A stretch of DNA of 64,000 nucleotides, from assembly GCF_006345805.1 (NCBI RefSeq), contig NC_043009.1, forward strand, positions 53,382,001 to 53,446,000. The letters are read 5' to 3'. Numbering within the stretch: position 1 is the first letter of the stretch; each line of letters begins with the position of its first letter. The stretch is from Octopus sinensis (lineage: Eukaryota). This document shows positions 1 through 15,011 of this stretch, piece by piece. Below the pieces are notes generated by a model, which saw only the letters and a program-made list of their open reading frames with translations, made no database searches and was not told where the DNA came from. The position numbers and the translations under genes were made by a program.

Positions 1-337
1 AATTGCAATATTTTACAACGTGTTCAGAAAGCTGCAATCCATCTTTTATAGACTGAATAAACACGCAACCAGCACACGAGGGTCAAAGATGGCAACGAAG
101 AAACCGTATATTGATCAGAATACAATAAAGCAATATCAAATAAGAATAAAAGAAGCCAATAAGAACACCAGAGCAAGAACAAACGTACACACTAACATAC
201 GCAAATTCCAACACACATACACACATATATATACATACACATACATACACATAAATATACATATATCTTATAACCATAAAAATAAAACATGTTAATGACT
301 TTTTACACACGTGCACGCACGCACACAAGCGTGTATA

Positions 338-380
<43 letters not shown>

Positions 381-462
381 TATATTATATATATATGTAT
401 ATATATATATGTATATGTATATATTATATGTATATATATATATATGTATGTATGTATATATA

Positions 463-511
<49 letters not shown>

Positions 512-529
512 GTAAGTATAGTGTTTTAT

Positions 530-945
530 TGTTTTATTCTTTTACTTGTTTCGGTCATTTGACTGCGGCCATGCAGGAGCATCGCCTTTAGTCGAAGAAA
601 TCGACCTCAGGACTTATTCTTTGAAAGCCTAGTTGGTATGCTATCGATCTCTTTTCCAAGGGCGTTAAGTTTCGAGGACGTAAACATACCAACATCGGTT
701 GTCAAGCGATGGCGGGTGTCAAACACAGGCACACACAGACACACACATACACACAAACGCACACACAAACGTACATATATATGTGTATACGACGGGCTTC
801 TTTCAGTTTCCGTCTACCAAGTCCACTCACTAGACTTTGGTGGGACCGAGGCTATAGTACAAAACACCAGCCCAAGTTGTCACGCCGTGGGTCGGAATCC
901 GGAACCATGTGATTGGAAAGTAAGTTTCTTACTGCACAACCATAT
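530..945 (-). mobile_element. tRNA-derived SINE family A (diverged copy)
   Basis: Reverse complement matches the ~400-bp family seen at 33064 and 57370 (head, cttgggcaag core, internal TA/TG microsatellite, ...catggccgcagtcaaatgactgaaacaag tail). Confidence 0.85.
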
Positions 946-1904
946 ATATATATATGTGTATGTGGGTGTGGATAATGGGATATAATATAACATTATATAA
1001 CATCATTATATACATATAAACCCATATGAAAAAAAAATATATATTAATATATATATATTTATATATACATATATATACACACACACACGCATATATAGTT
1101 GAAATTTATAGAAAAACAAAAGACAAAGCCAGGTGTATAAACAAAACAACCAGCAGGTGTTTTGGTTTGACGCTCGGGAAAGTGAGAAGTCTTTTACATT
1201 TCGAGGGTACGCTCTTCAACAGAAAGGAATAAGAGAGAATAAACAGAATTTTTTTTAAAAATGTGTATTTAGTGGTCAAGCATGGCAACTGGTTGGAAAA
1301 GAAAGGTTTGACAGCGGAGGTAGAAAGAAGGGGAGGTAATGAAATATTGGTGATCCCAAAACGAAGGTGCGCCTGCGTGTGTGTGTATGTGAGAATGTGT
1401 ATGTGTATGCGTGTGGATAGGTGCTAGTGACTTTGACGTGTGTGGATGTGCAGTTGCTGGTGTGTGGAGTGGTTGCTGGGATGTGACAGTGCTAGTGTGT
1501 GGGTCTGATGTGGGGATGGGGGTGTTAGGGGTGTTGTATGGGGGTGTGGGAATGTGGCGTAAGGCTGTAGGGGTGTTGGTGTGTAGTATGTGGAAATGGG
1601 GTGTGTAGGTGTGGGTGTGTGTGGTGTCGCTCCATCAATGAAGGGAGAAGGTCGATAGGAGTGAACGGAGAAGGTCGATAGGAGTGAACGGAGAAAGTAA
1701 GTGCTAAAGGAAGAAAGGAGAGTAGGTAGGAGTGAAGAGAGTAAGTAGGTGTCAGATGCAGAAAGGAGGGGAGTTGAGCCCATGTGGCACAAAGGAGCAA
1801 AGAGAGAAAATGAATTCTTATTCACGGTGAAGTCGGGAGTCCGGATGGACACTGTGCGAAGACACTCCGAACGGAGTCGGTGATACAATAAGGAACAGGA
1901 TGGG

Positions 1905-3327
1905 TGCCTGTGAAGATTAAGCCACTTCTTGTCTACCATTTCGAAAATCCACGAGAATTCAAGTCGCACAAAATCCTGAAGGAGAAGCGGCAGGTCATGT
2001 GGAGGGTAAACTTTAAATCTTGGGTCACCAGGCAATTCTCCACCGAGTGAGTCAACCTTCTTTTCGGAATAGTATTGAAAAAGTAACTTCTGGAGAGCGA
2101 TCTTCCTCTCAAGGCCCTCCTCATCCTCGACAATGTTCCTGCTCACTCCCCTAACTTTGAAGATGATATCCTGGACGAATGTAAATTCATAAAACTTCTA
2201 TACCTTTCACGCAACACCACCCCTATCTTGCAGCCCATGGACCAACAGGTGATTTCTAATTTTAAGAAATTGTACACCAAACATCTGTTTCGTCGGTGCT
2301 CTGAACTCACCGAAAATACAAATCTAATTATTCGTGAGTTTTGGAAGAAGAACTACAACATTAACTGCCTGGAAATCATCGATACGGCCTGGCAGGGTGT
2401 AGAGAACGTTAAATTCTGCATGGAGAGAAATGTGCCCTGACAGCGTATCCAAAAGAGATGTCGAGGTTGTTAGAGTCTGAGACATCTGTAGTTGAGGAGA
2501 TGGTGTCTCTTGGAGATAGGCCTCGAGATTGATGATAAGGACATTAATGATCTCGTCGAGGAACACCCACAGGAGCTGAAGACAGATGAACTTCAGGAGC
2601 AGCAAAATTCGGATTCGGTGGAAGAGATTGGTTCCCCAGAGGAGGAAAGTGTAGCGGAGAAAGCTATATCTAAGACTGATATAAAGGCAATGTTGGCAAA
2701 GTGGCACTATGTTTCTGAATTTTATAGAAAAATATCATCCTGAAAATGTATCTACAGGTCGTGCAGCTGCTTTATTCAATGATACCGTTCTGGCGCATTT
2801 TCATAAGAATTTGAAAAGCAGGAAAAATCAGTCTTCTCTTGACATGTTTCTAATTAAAAAACTTGTAAGCGTGGAAAGTGAAAAAAAAAATGTGTCCAAA
2901 AAACCTAAATTAAGCGGAGAGAGAAAACGCCAGAAATTGTTCTTGCTGAAGTCTTAATGGGAGGAGATTCTCGTTCCAAACGATAATCCGATTCCTCTCC
3001 ACTCCATCGTCTTCTTCGTTCACACATCGTCCCATTTTTAAAGTAATGAAACTAATAAAATCAGTTTACATATTTCTTTTGCATATTCTCTTTTATTATG
3101 TTTTCTATAATTGTCATTTTCTTTATAACTGCATCGCTTCTGTTTTAAAACCCATAAAAAATTATTTTTGGGTGGTTTATGGGTGGTGTTGGCAGAGGTG
3201 GTGCCGGAACGGATTAATTATGTTTTAATTAATTTCCATGGGGGAAAATTGATTTGTAAAACCAGTAAATCGTAAAACGAGCTCGGTCATGGAACGAATT
3301 AAACTCGTACTGCGAGGTATCATTGTA
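1905..3327 (+). mobile_element. pogo/Tigger-like DNA transposon, 5'-truncated, transposase pseudogene
   Basis: Frame from 1913 reads KIKPLLVYHFENPR...ALLILDNVPAHS...NTTPILQPMDQQVISNFKKLY (DDE_1 type) with in-frame stops. The right end ...ctcgtactgcgaggtatcattg followed by TA (3326-3327) resembles a Tigger TIR. No left TIR found. Confidence 0.9.
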
Positions 3328-3395
3328 CTTTCTTTCTTTCACTCATTTTCACTTCCTTATTCTTATCGTCATTATCGTCGTCGGCGGCATCGTCA

Positions 3396-3483
<88 letters not shown>

Positions 3484-3561
3484 ATAAAATATTAGGGAAT
3501 AAATCCAAACTTACAGGGAAAAATCAGATTTAGGATTGAATCCAATTTTATAGTAAAATAT

Positions 3562-3811
3562 TATATTATATTAAATTAGAGATAAAACCACTATTAGGCA
3601 AATCAAACAATGAAAAACTTCAGCCAATACATAAGATTAATTAATTTATATTATTTTAAATATATATCAAAATTATTAAAAAAAAGATAATTAGTATAAC
3701 ACTACGATAATTTTGATATATATTTAAAATAATATAAATTAATTAATCTTATGTATTGGCTTAAGTTTTTCATTGTATGATTTGCCTAATTGTGGTTTTA
3801 GCTCTAATTTA

Positions 3812-3821
<10 letters not shown>
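3562..3821. repeat. Long imperfect palindrome, arms ~115 bp
   Basis: 3562-3676 (tatattatattaaattagagataaaaccac...caaaattat) is the reverse complement of 3707-3821, with few mismatches and a ~30-bp spacer. Confidence 0.9.
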
Positions 3822-3870
<49 letters not shown>

Positions 3871-4039
3871 ACAAATGTACACACACATACATATACACAT
3901 ATGTGTGTGTGTTGTGTGTGTACATTAAAATCCCTTCACAACAGCTGTTGGTGTGTTTATCTCCTCGTAACGTAGCAGCTCGGTGAAAGAATCTGATAGA
4001 ATAAGTGCCAAGCATTAAAATAATGTGGCACAGATCAAT

Positions 4040-6390
4040 TCCTGGTTTGCTGCATTCTCAAACTTCAACTAAAAAGGATTCACTGCGTCAAGCCTCCAGG
4101 CGTATCAATGCTACTGTGACCTAGCAGTCAGCCCTCCTTACAGACAACCCTGGAAGATAATGTTGAGCAGAAATGGGACTCTCTAAGGGACACCATCTAT
4201 GGCACTTCATTAAAGGTTTAGGGTGAAAGGCACAGAATGACTCAAGACTGATTAGAGGCGAATGTAAATGAACTCAATGCGCTCATAGAGAGGCGCATTG
4301 CTATGTTGAAGCACAAACACCAACCCGATAGAGCAACGGTGCAAGAATTGAGATGAGTGAGGGACAATACGCAGAAGAGAGCAAGACGGTGGACAAATGA
4401 CTACTGGTTAGAATTATGAGAAGGCATCCAGCTGTCGTTTGACACAGGCAACTTTCACAGAATGTATGAGTGCATCAAGAAAGTTAACGGCTCAAGCCAG
4501 AACAAGATATAGCTCCGCTCAAATATAGAACGGGGGAAGTCATCGAGGGCAAAAAAGAGCAATTGGAGAGATGGGTGGAGCATTACTCCAAACTCTACGC
4601 CAGGGAAAACAATATCTCGAAAGGTGCGCCAGACACTGTTGAACACCTACCCGTCATGGTGGAACTGAACACATTGCTGACTGCTGGAAAGCTAAACAGA
4701 TTCATCGATGGCTTCCCCAATTGGAAGGCACCAGGATAGGACGGCCCCCACCATAAGCCATTAAGTGGGCAAAGGGAGTTCTACTCAGCCACTTACTGAA
4801 ACTACTATGTCCATGCTGGGAGGAGGAAACAGTTCTGCAAGACATGAGAAAGTGCAGCATTGTCATTCTTTATAAAACAAAGGGAACAGAAGCGATTACA
4901 ACAGCTACCGAGGCATCTCACTGCTAAGCATCGTCGGGAAGGTCTTTGCTCGCGTGTTCCTGAACAGATTACCGAAAATTGCCGAGAGCGTACACCTGAA
5001 TCTCAGTCCGGTTTCAGGTTAGTACATTCCTCCATCAACGTGGTCTCTCTTCGACAGCTACAGGGGGAATGCTGAGAGTAACGGTAACCACTCTACTCCA
5101 CCTTCTTTGATCTCACAAAGACTTTCGACCTAATGAGTAGAGACGGTCTTTTCAAAATCACAGCCAAGATTGACTGTCATCCAAGACCTCTCAGGATACT
5201 TCAGTCGTTTCATGCGGGTATGAAAGGTGTCGTTCAGTTTGTTAGCCCATCTTCCAAGTTCAACGTATGCAGCTGTGAAGCAGGGAAATGAGTTTATCCT
5301 TTCCTTAATCGGTGTCTTTTCGTTGTCATACTGAAACTCGCATTTGGTCAACTGATGGTGTCTACTTTCACGTCAGATCAGACGGAAAGCAGTTTAGTTT
5401 ATCGAGGCAAAAGCTAAATCGAGGATCCATCAAAAACTCATCGGAGAAATACTGTTTGCGGACGATGGGGCATTGACAGTGCACTCTGAGAAGCAAATGC
5501 AGCGTTTCGTACATAAATTCTCAAGAGCCTGCCAGCAATTCAGCTTGACTATTATATTGAAGAAAACCAACGTACTGGGCCAAGGTGTCAAGCGCACGAC
5601 ACCACCATTGTCACCATCAACAACTACGAGATGGAGGTAGTTCATGAATTCACCTACCTCTCCTGGGACCCTGAGATCAGCGGGCGAGTTGGACAAGCGT
5701 CCTCGATATTTCTAAGGCTGGTGAAGAAAGTTTGTTAGAACAGAAAACTGACCTCAAACACCAAGCTTCAGTGCATGCGCCCTCAGCACATTATTCTACG
5801 GCAGCGTGATATGGAGACTCCGCTCCAGACACGAGTGGCATCTCAGTATCTTCAACCTTGGTAGCCTGGGACGCATCTTGGGTATCAAGAGGACCGACCG
5901 AGTCCCCAGAACGGAAATCCTCAACCGCGCCAAAAATACGCAAAATATTCACCCTGATTCAACAACGCTGTCTGTACAGACTCGGCCACGTATATTGTAT
6001 GCCGGACGAGAGGATCTCAAAAGACATCCTATATGGTAAACTGGCCACCGGCACAAGACGCGAGGACGACCTCATCTTCGTTTGAAAGAATTCTGCAAGA
6101 GAGATATGAAATCAGTTGATGTTCTGAGATTGGAGACCAGCAACGGGATCGAGAGAAGGGAAGAGAAACTGAAACTTGCCATGGATTGAAAAAAAACAAG
6201 CGCGTGTGAAGACAGGAAAAGCTCAGTAGGCCCGGTAGAGAGTAATTTCAAATGCAGTCGCTGTATGCAGGAACACCACTCTCGTGTGTGCCTGTACCGT
6301 CGCGACAGACGCTGTGCCGCCATCAGCAGCTACCACAAAATTCTCCAGGCGCAAATACATGGTCTTTCCTAAGAGACAAATGTCTATCAT
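4040..6390 (+). mobile_element. RTE-clade LINE, decayed reverse transcriptase region and 3' end
   Basis: Frameshifted motifs WDSLRDTIY, WVEHYSKLY, RGISLLSIVGKVFAR, PESQSGFR, LFADDG (~5452-5469), LGHVYCMPDERISKDILYGKL and a C-terminal FKCSRC...H. Confidence 0.92.
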
Positions 6391-6869
6391 ACACTCACAC
6401 ACATACGTCCTAACATATGAACGGTTTTTTGTATATTCGGGTATCTATAACAATACTAGCCAAAGTTTGGATTATGATTTACGTTTAGTGATTAATTTCA
6501 CTCGTGCAAATATGTCGCCCACACACACACGCGTACGCGCAGGCAGTAGCATTTACTAACGTACGAAGACCTATATACATACTCAAAGAAACGAATTGTA
6601 TATAGACACATTTATACGCCATTCATATTATTATAGACATTTGCATACATATATATGAATATTAATAAAGGGTTTTGTGTTATGATACTAAATCCGTTTA
6701 CATTATTTATAAATACAGGGCTAAAAATAGTCGGTCTGTCTCTAGACATGTATGGATGCATAATGTATAATGCATAAATATATGAATGAGCTATTATATC
6801 AACCTATCTGTCAATCTGTCCTGATTTCTCCCTTTTCCTTCCTGTCTGTCTGATTGTCATGCACCCCAC

Positions 6870-6875
6870 CACACA

Positions 6876-6914
<39 letters not shown>

Positions 6915-7124
6915 TATATATATATATAACTAATATATATATATATATTATATATATCTATATAAATATATATGCATATATATATAATATATATATATAT
7001 ATATCTATATATATATATATAATATATATATAATATATCTATCTATCTATATATATATATATATATTATATATATCTATATATATATATATAACTAATAT
7101 ATATATATATAATATATATATATA

Positions 7125-7174
<50 letters not shown>

Positions 7175-7677
7175 ATATAGCTACATATATAGATATGCAT
7201 ATAACTATATAAGAGAAATATGACGAACAAAATGTTATGTACAGCAATATTCTAGCTTCATATTTGTTATCTAGAATTTTCATATTTTCCTATAAATTCC
7301 TTACAGATTCTTTGAAACATTAACTACCCAAATCCATCATTGACTAAATTTTCTAGTTTTGTGTCTGGAATTTTATACTGTGAAGAATGGAAAGACGTAA
7401 TTTTAGTCAGTATTTTCAGTGGTAATAAATATATCCTGTATTGATTGCTGTATTGAAGATGACGTTTTTTTGCTCTCTATTTCAATGAATGTACACATAA
7501 TTATACATGTATGTGCGTGCGTGTATATTTGTGTGTCATATACATACATATATACATACATACATACATGCATACATATATACATACATTTATATATGTA
7601 TATGTATATCTATATACACATATATACTATATATATATACATATATATACATACATTTATATATGTATATGTATATC

Positions 7678-7731
<54 letters not shown>

Positions 7732-7875
7732 AGTTCTTACATTTACTTTGCGTTTATTACAGAATTTTAACCTGTCATCTTTTTTTCATTCATTAATCCA
7801 GCCACCCATCAAATTTTCAGTCCATCGATCCATCGATCCATCGATCCATCGATCCATCCATCCATCCATCTATCC

Positions 7876-7964
<89 letters not shown>

Positions 7965-8349
7965 CCTATCTATCTATCTATCTATCTATACATACATACA
8001 TACATACACACACACATACATACATACATACATACATACATACATACATACATACATACATGCATACATATATACATACATACACACATACATACATACA
8101 TACATACATACATACATACATACATACATACATACATACATACGTACATACACACACACACACACATATCAACATGTGGATGCGTATATCTATACGTCTA
8201 TACAGTTAAAGCCTCGAAAGTTATAGAAAAGCCACCCAGGCATTCATGGCATTTGTCTTATTCAAAATATAAATAGTAACTCTCCTGTATTAGATTTAAC
8301 CTAATACATTCACATACGCACAGACACACACAAGTCTGGATGCATACAA

Positions 8350-8398
<49 letters not shown>

Positions 8399-8519
8399 TG
8401 TGTCTGTGTGCGTACATACACATAAGTATATATGCGTGCGCATAAACGTACACAGATATATATATATGTAAAAACATATATATATTCATATACATATACA
8501 CATATTGGATGTGTTTGTG

Positions 8520-8560
<41 letters not shown>
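6870..8560. repeat. Compound microsatellite field: (TA)n, (ATCC)n, (ATCT)n, (ACAT)n
   Basis: Read directly. Confidence 0.95.
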
Positions 8561-8568
<8 letters not shown>

Positions 8569-9064
8569 ATATAAATCAATGAAATATAATGATGGCTAAA
8601 CCGTGGTCACAATAGAAAAAATCCTGTCTTTAATATTATCGTAAATACAACCATATATCTAATATGGTGTATCGATCAAATGTGACGTGGCGATTAAATT
8701 TCAAATAATGCCAATGAAGTATATACAAAATCTAGTGATAAAGTCTATACGAATCACATCGGAGCGGCGTAAAAGAGGCAGTTCGCAAGTAACAGTTTAC
8801 GTTCTAAAAATGTTGCTGTAAGTCTAGAAAGATTGACGATACGACGTTACTGGTCTAATCAAACCGTAAATCATACAAAAATAGAGGAAAATGTGATTGA
8901 AATAGAAAACATAGATGTGATTAATATAAGGAACATAGAAGTTTTACCAGCACATGTCTAAAAAAGTGCTTCCCATATATTACAAGAATGTATAAGAATA
9001 TATAGGATGCACGGAATATCTGAGGACACTTGATTATCGGTATATTTCTCACTTCAAATCAATT

Positions 9065-9590
9065 AAATGGTAACACAACAAATGAACATATACGCCGTCA
9101 TTATTGCCATATATGTGGAACATGGCGACTTAAAAATTGTAAGATCCTTTATGTACAAATTTCGGATTGAAGTGAAAGCTTCTGGTGGGGATGTATCAAA
9201 GAGGAAAAAACATTCTAAACATTGGAACATTATAACGACACTGCAATTCATCTAACGGATTCAAGACGTTATCGCTAATGATCCCCGAAGGTCAATGAGG
9301 ATCGTCACCACGGATCTTTAGTGGTCGGATTGTAGTATCTGAAGTGCGGTCTCAGGAGGATATTTGATACAAGTATTCATTGCAGCGCGAGGTGTTCACG
9401 TTTATAAAGACTCAGAAAAACGTGTCACACAGTTACTTAACAAGTTTCGAACTAGGGAGGAACATCGCATGCTTTGGTCTTTCTCTGATAAGAAAAACGT
9501 CAACCAAGATCAAATCATGACTAATGATAGATGGTTGTGTGCAGACCTTTCCGATCTCCATACATTTGTATAATTAAATCTCCAAATACG
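9065..9590 (+). mobile_element. Tc1/mariner-superfamily transposase relic (DD37D/maT-like)
   Basis: LLNKFRTREEHRMLWSFSDKKNVNQDQIMTNDRWLCAD resembles the WFFSDEKNFxQDQxxNxxNDRWL first-aspartate block. Many stops. Confidence 0.7.
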
Positions 9591-9729
9591 CCCACAATTT
9601 ATTCTCGCACCATGCATACATACGTACATACATATATATTAATACACACTCACACACACACACAAATACACGCACATACAGACGCACACACACACACACA
9701 CACATACACACACACACATATATATATGT

Positions 9730-10016
9730 GGAGGCGCAATGGCCCAGTGGTTAGGGCAGTGGACTCGCGGTCGTAGGATCGCGGTTTCGATTCCCAGACC
9801 GGGCGTTGTGAGTTTTTATTGAGCGAAAACACCTCCACGAACCTCCGGCAGGGAGTGGTGATCCCTGCTGTACTCTTTCACCACTCTTTCTTCTGTTGGC
9901 CTGATCGCTTAGCCAGCGGGGTGACGTCATTCGAGGGCTAAAACAATGCGAACGCATTGTGACCAGCGATGTGTAACTACATCTGATGGACTGGTCGGTC
10001 ACGTGATCACGTGATA
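9730..10016 (+). mobile_element. tRNA-derived SINE family B, tail type 1
   Basis: Head ggaggcgcaatggcccagtggttagggcag...gtttcgattccc has A/B-box-like motifs and is shared with 35615. The 3' tail ending cacgtgatcacgtgata is unique among copies here. Confidence 0.85.
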
Positions 10017-10934
10017 TGTATATATATATATATTATATATATATATATGCACAATATATATAAATGATACTGACACACACATACATTAAATTGAATGGCT
10101 ACTCAATGCATTTGATAGAGTACAAATTTCTTCAGCATGAATAGTGCTTTGATAGTGACATTGAGGTTTCGAGCCTGCTAATCCATCATCGAATTGTAGT
10201 AAGTTTCACTTCATTTCAGCTTATACAATCTCCATTAATTTAAACTTTTCTAGGGTGAGTTGAGTTCTCTTCAATGATAATTAGATTGTATAAAAATTGT
10301 GATGGCAGAGTGTTATGGGGAATTTCATTGGTTACATTTGGGATTGTGCTAATGTTTACAATTTATTCATGCATGTAGAATTTTGTAATCAGGTGTGTAT
10401 ATCTAGGTGTGTGCTTTCCAGCCCCCAGGAGATCACAGAATGTAGTTAGGTTCAACGTGTGTTTGGCCAGCATATTTGATTTGAGAATGTTAAAGGTTTT
10501 GCAATTAGGTGTATGTTTCAGGTATGTTAAATTGGTGGTAATGGGGATTTAATTTTTTTTTATTTTTAAAGAAAATAAGTAGATACGTTTTGCACTGCCA
10601 GCAATCTATTATTATGATTTTTCACCTGTTTCTCTTGAGAGTATGTTGCTTATCACTTAAGCATGTCATAGTGATATTAGTATGGAAAAGTTAAAACCTA
10701 TACGGTCTGCAGATGATACACCTAAATATTCGCACCTGCTTACGAATTTCTACCTGCATCAATAAATTGTAAATATCAGCATATCCCCAAATAAGAGCTA
10801 AGTTCCGACGTAAGTGCTTTCGTAATATTATTTGAAAAACAAGAAAATATGCAGCAACACCCTACATTTCTCTATGAAAAACATACCAATATGAACTTAA
10901 AAATTTACATTAAAACATTACTGCAAAAAAGAAA

Positions 10935-12125
10935 GAAAATAACCAACGTTTTATCAGAAGACTTAGATGGAGAACGCACCACTATGGAAAAAAGCGCAAC
11001 AACCTACCCATAACTACGAATTTAAGACGGTCAAATATCCGTCACCCAATCTATCTATTGCTTCAATACTTTGAATCAATGATTTGGTTGGTGACCTTTG
11101 ACCCTGTTCGCAATGATCAAGCAAACCAACGAACTGCAGAAAGAAGGAAATCGGAAAATTGATCAAATATGAACAAGCATATATGTGATCATAAAATTGG
11201 TCACGACAAAAAACCTATGCCGCCTAAGTCAGACTAATTATAACTGTTTTCTAAGGCAATCTGCATCACATACAAATAAACAAAATATGCAGCCTTAATA
11301 ATATAAATACTACATCCAAAAGCAAACTCAACATCAACTCAATGGAGTAACATATACGGAGTAATATATTGGTTTAATAAGATCCCAAAGAAAAATGAAA
11401 ATCATTTCTTCCAGCTTGGTATCAAGTCAACAGCAAAGCCTATACTTGTGGCTGTTTTGAACTCCGATACAGTAACATTAATAAACGGTATTGAAAGAGA
11501 TACAATTTTACAAGCAATGAAATCCCTCCTCTTCCAGAACAATGCTTTCTGAATTAGAAAAATACACTGAAGAACGTTGTGAAGTAAGCGTACGATCAAA
11601 GAACCCTGTAAAGTTAAGCGACATCATCAGGCTTTATACATTTGAAAACTGAGGCAACAAATTTTCATTCGTCTCAGGTGCTCTCTACATGGACGATGGT
11701 CTACTAAGAAACTACTACCCATAAAAACTCGTAAATATAGGAAAGAACATAATTTCTTTAGAAACGTGGGCTTCTCCATTACTGTAGAAACGCAACTAAA
11801 ATCTCTCAACGTTATCGATGTTACACACGACTTACAATCCACTATCTACAAACCATACAAGAAAGCGAAAAAATCCAGTATATTCATAGACAATCCAACC
11901 ACTCTTAAGGCATAATTAAAAAACTAGTAAGAAACATATCTCAAATACTTTCTTCTTTATCTTCTAATGAAAAAATAGTCAACAAATGCCAACCACATAC
12001 AACGAAGTTCTCGATAATAACAACTGCAAGGAAGAAGGGAAATATATATCCACCAGCAAATCCACAATAATTAGAAGAAATGGTACAATAGAAAAAAGAT
12101 TATCAGGTTCAATTCCCGCCTTCAA
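10935..12125 (+). mobile_element. Penelope-like element, decayed RT region
   Basis: Motifs NQRFIRRLRWR, ALYMDDGL (cf. GLYRDDGL), ITVETQLKSLNVIDVTHDLQSTIYKPYKK and RKKIIRFN, with stops and frameshifts. Confidence 0.8.
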
Positions 12126-12532
12126 CATACAAGCCTTCATCACGTGTTAACAGCATGTGACAGTCAAGCTCAAAATGACAGCTTCCAAATCCTGTTTTCT
12201 GAGTAGGTGAAAATGATCAAACTTTAAAACTCTTTAACTTCTTTAAAAAAAAATTCTGGGAAAAGTGAAATATCTCCTGAGATGCACATTGGAAACCTAT
12301 ATTAATATACCAAGTTCTAAAATGTTCAATAAAATTTGAATTTTCGGAATTTGGCTATCAAACTGATAAGATCCCTTTCTTATTCATATTTATAATGAAT
12401 CGTTAGTATTATTCAATATTACTCACATGTTTTTTTCTATTTGTGACGAGAGGGTAATAGTAGTTTAGTGAGGTGTGTGTAATCCTTCAATCATTATACT
12501 TCTATATTTCACGACAACATTATATATATATA

Positions 12533-12921
12533 GGCGTAGGAGTGGCTGTGTGGGTAAGTAGCTTGCTTACCAGCCACCTGGTTCCGGGTTCAGTCCCACT
12601 GCGTGGCACCTTGGGCAAGTGTCTTCTACTATAGCCTCGGGCCGACCAAAGCCTTGTGAGTGGATTTGGTAGACGGAAACTGAAAGAAGCCCGTCATATA
12701 TATGTATATATGTGTGTATGTGCGTGTGTGTATGTTTGTGGGTGTCTCTGTTTGTCCTCTACCATCGCTTGACAACCGATGTTGGTGTGTTTACGTCCCC
12801 GTAACTTAGCAGTTCGTCAAAAGAGCCCGATAGAATAAGTACAAGTCGATTTGCTCGACTAAAGGCGGTGCTCCAGCATGGCCACAGTCACATGATTGAA
12901 ACGAGTAAAAGACTAAAAGAC
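12533..12921 (+). mobile_element. SINE family A
   Basis: Near full length from ggcgtaggagtggctgtgtgg to gtaaaagactaaaagac. Confidence 0.9.
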
Positions 12922-13243
12922 GGCATTATTCTCATATATCTTAGTATCTAGAATTTTTTTCATGTTGTACTGTGTAGTGCACTGCAGTTACTCTGGTTCT
13001 AAAGCAATAGTGAGCCTATGGGTGACAAGTTTTCTCGTAAGGCAAATGTAACAACAGGAGACGTGAAATTTACAACTTTCGCTTTTACAGTCGAATACAT
13101 AAATCACATTCGTCATTTGTAGCTTGTTTCTCGGATTTATTAGCTTATCATCGATTACATGACTTCAAATCAGCATACACATACACATATGTATATATAT
13201 GAGTGCATATATGTGTGTGTGGACGTGTGGATGTATATGCATA

Positions 13244-13283
<40 letters not shown>

Positions 13284-13376
13284 GTATGTGTGTGTATATC
13301 GCGTGTATATATAAATGTGTACATAACAATTATATATATATATATATAAATATATATTCACATATAAACATATATG

Positions 13377-13413
<37 letters not shown>

Positions 13414-14238
13414 CTATATGCATATAAGAACAAAATTTAAAAGAAATTATTTAGATAGCATTCCTGTACACACACGCTCACACACATACACTTACACACA
13501 TATACATGCCCCCCCACACATATGTATATATTGCATACATTCCAATAATACTTCCAAATTAATGCTTTCAGCAATATAAATTTCGACAGCATTAACAGTA
13601 ATCCTTTACCAATAATATCAATCTATTTCCCGTTACCATCTCCACAAATAGTATAAAAGAATCTATCTTCACGAATACCACCACTGCCACAAGCATTCCT
13701 AGGTCTTTCATCATCATCATCATTATCAGCATCCTCTTCATCATCATCATCATCATCAAAACACCACATACAACAACAGCAAAAACAACAACAATAAGAG
13801 ATTCAACAACAGCAGCATCAACAACGGTAACTATATAATAACCGTTTGAAAATTAGGTAACTGGAGGGTTTCTAAATGTTCAATGGAATTACTAAGAATA
13901 GCAGATATATCACACCTGAACAATTTTTTATATAAAAAGACAACGTTGGAGACAATACTTCTCGATGTCAAAAAAACCAAAAACCAAACAAAAAAAAAGA
14001 GAGGAAAATCAAAAGAACTGCCACGGTTTGAGCTGGGATATATTTTGATCATATGTCTGACTTGTTCACATCTATGATTAACATAGCCAACAGGCAACGT
14101 CAAACACGCTCACTCACAAACGCCGACACATGCATATGTATGTCAATGCATTTATGTAGCTACATACACATATATATATGTATATATATATATATGTATA
14201 TATATATGTATATTTATATATATATATATACACACACT

Positions 14239-14271
<33 letters not shown>

Positions 14272-14930
14272 ATAAAAATATGTATACACATACATATACA
14301 TGCATATATATATGTATTATATATATATGTGTATACTTACACAGATAAACACACACATTTATATTCATGCACATACAACACACATCCACGCACACACGCA
14401 TGCACATACACACACATTCACATACACATACACACACATATTTATGTATACGTATATGTATGTAGGAATGCGTACATATGTATACAGGTAGTGAGTCATA
14501 CGAAATCAGGTATCAAAGGCTCAATGACTAAACAGCATTCCGGTAACAATCGTGACATCAACATTATCATAAGAGCCAACATCAATGAAAACAGCCGTAA
14601 TAACAGAATCTTTAACACTTTAAACACTAATGCAGATTAAATTGATACTCATGTAATTTCTGTATGAATTGTGTAAATGGTTATGTGTTTTAAATGGATA
14701 AACACTGAATACATAACTCCATATTTTTGCCAATTCTTGCCATAGGATTATATATATATAAAGCCTGAAAAGACACTATTTCGTTAAATATGCGACTGTT
14801 CTTGTATATATTACATATGAATGTTTGCATTTATACATATTTATGTGTGTGTGTGTGTGTTCATCTATACATTTAAATGCGTATGAAGTATGTATATATA
14901 TGTATATGTATGTATGTATGTATGTATGTA

Positions 14931-15011
<81 letters not shown>

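Noticed and set aside
1501-1550. G-tract cluster with G-quadruplex potential
   Set aside because: Part of a degenerate GT-rich repeat with one long loop and no functional context.
1424-2146. 240-aa minus-strand ORF
   Set aside because: It is the antisense of the Tigger relic joined to GT-rich low-complexity DNA.
9730-9805. tRNA-like sequences at SINE heads (also 35615, 50108, 28440-28512)
   Set aside because: No complete cloverleaf; they continue into SINE bodies.
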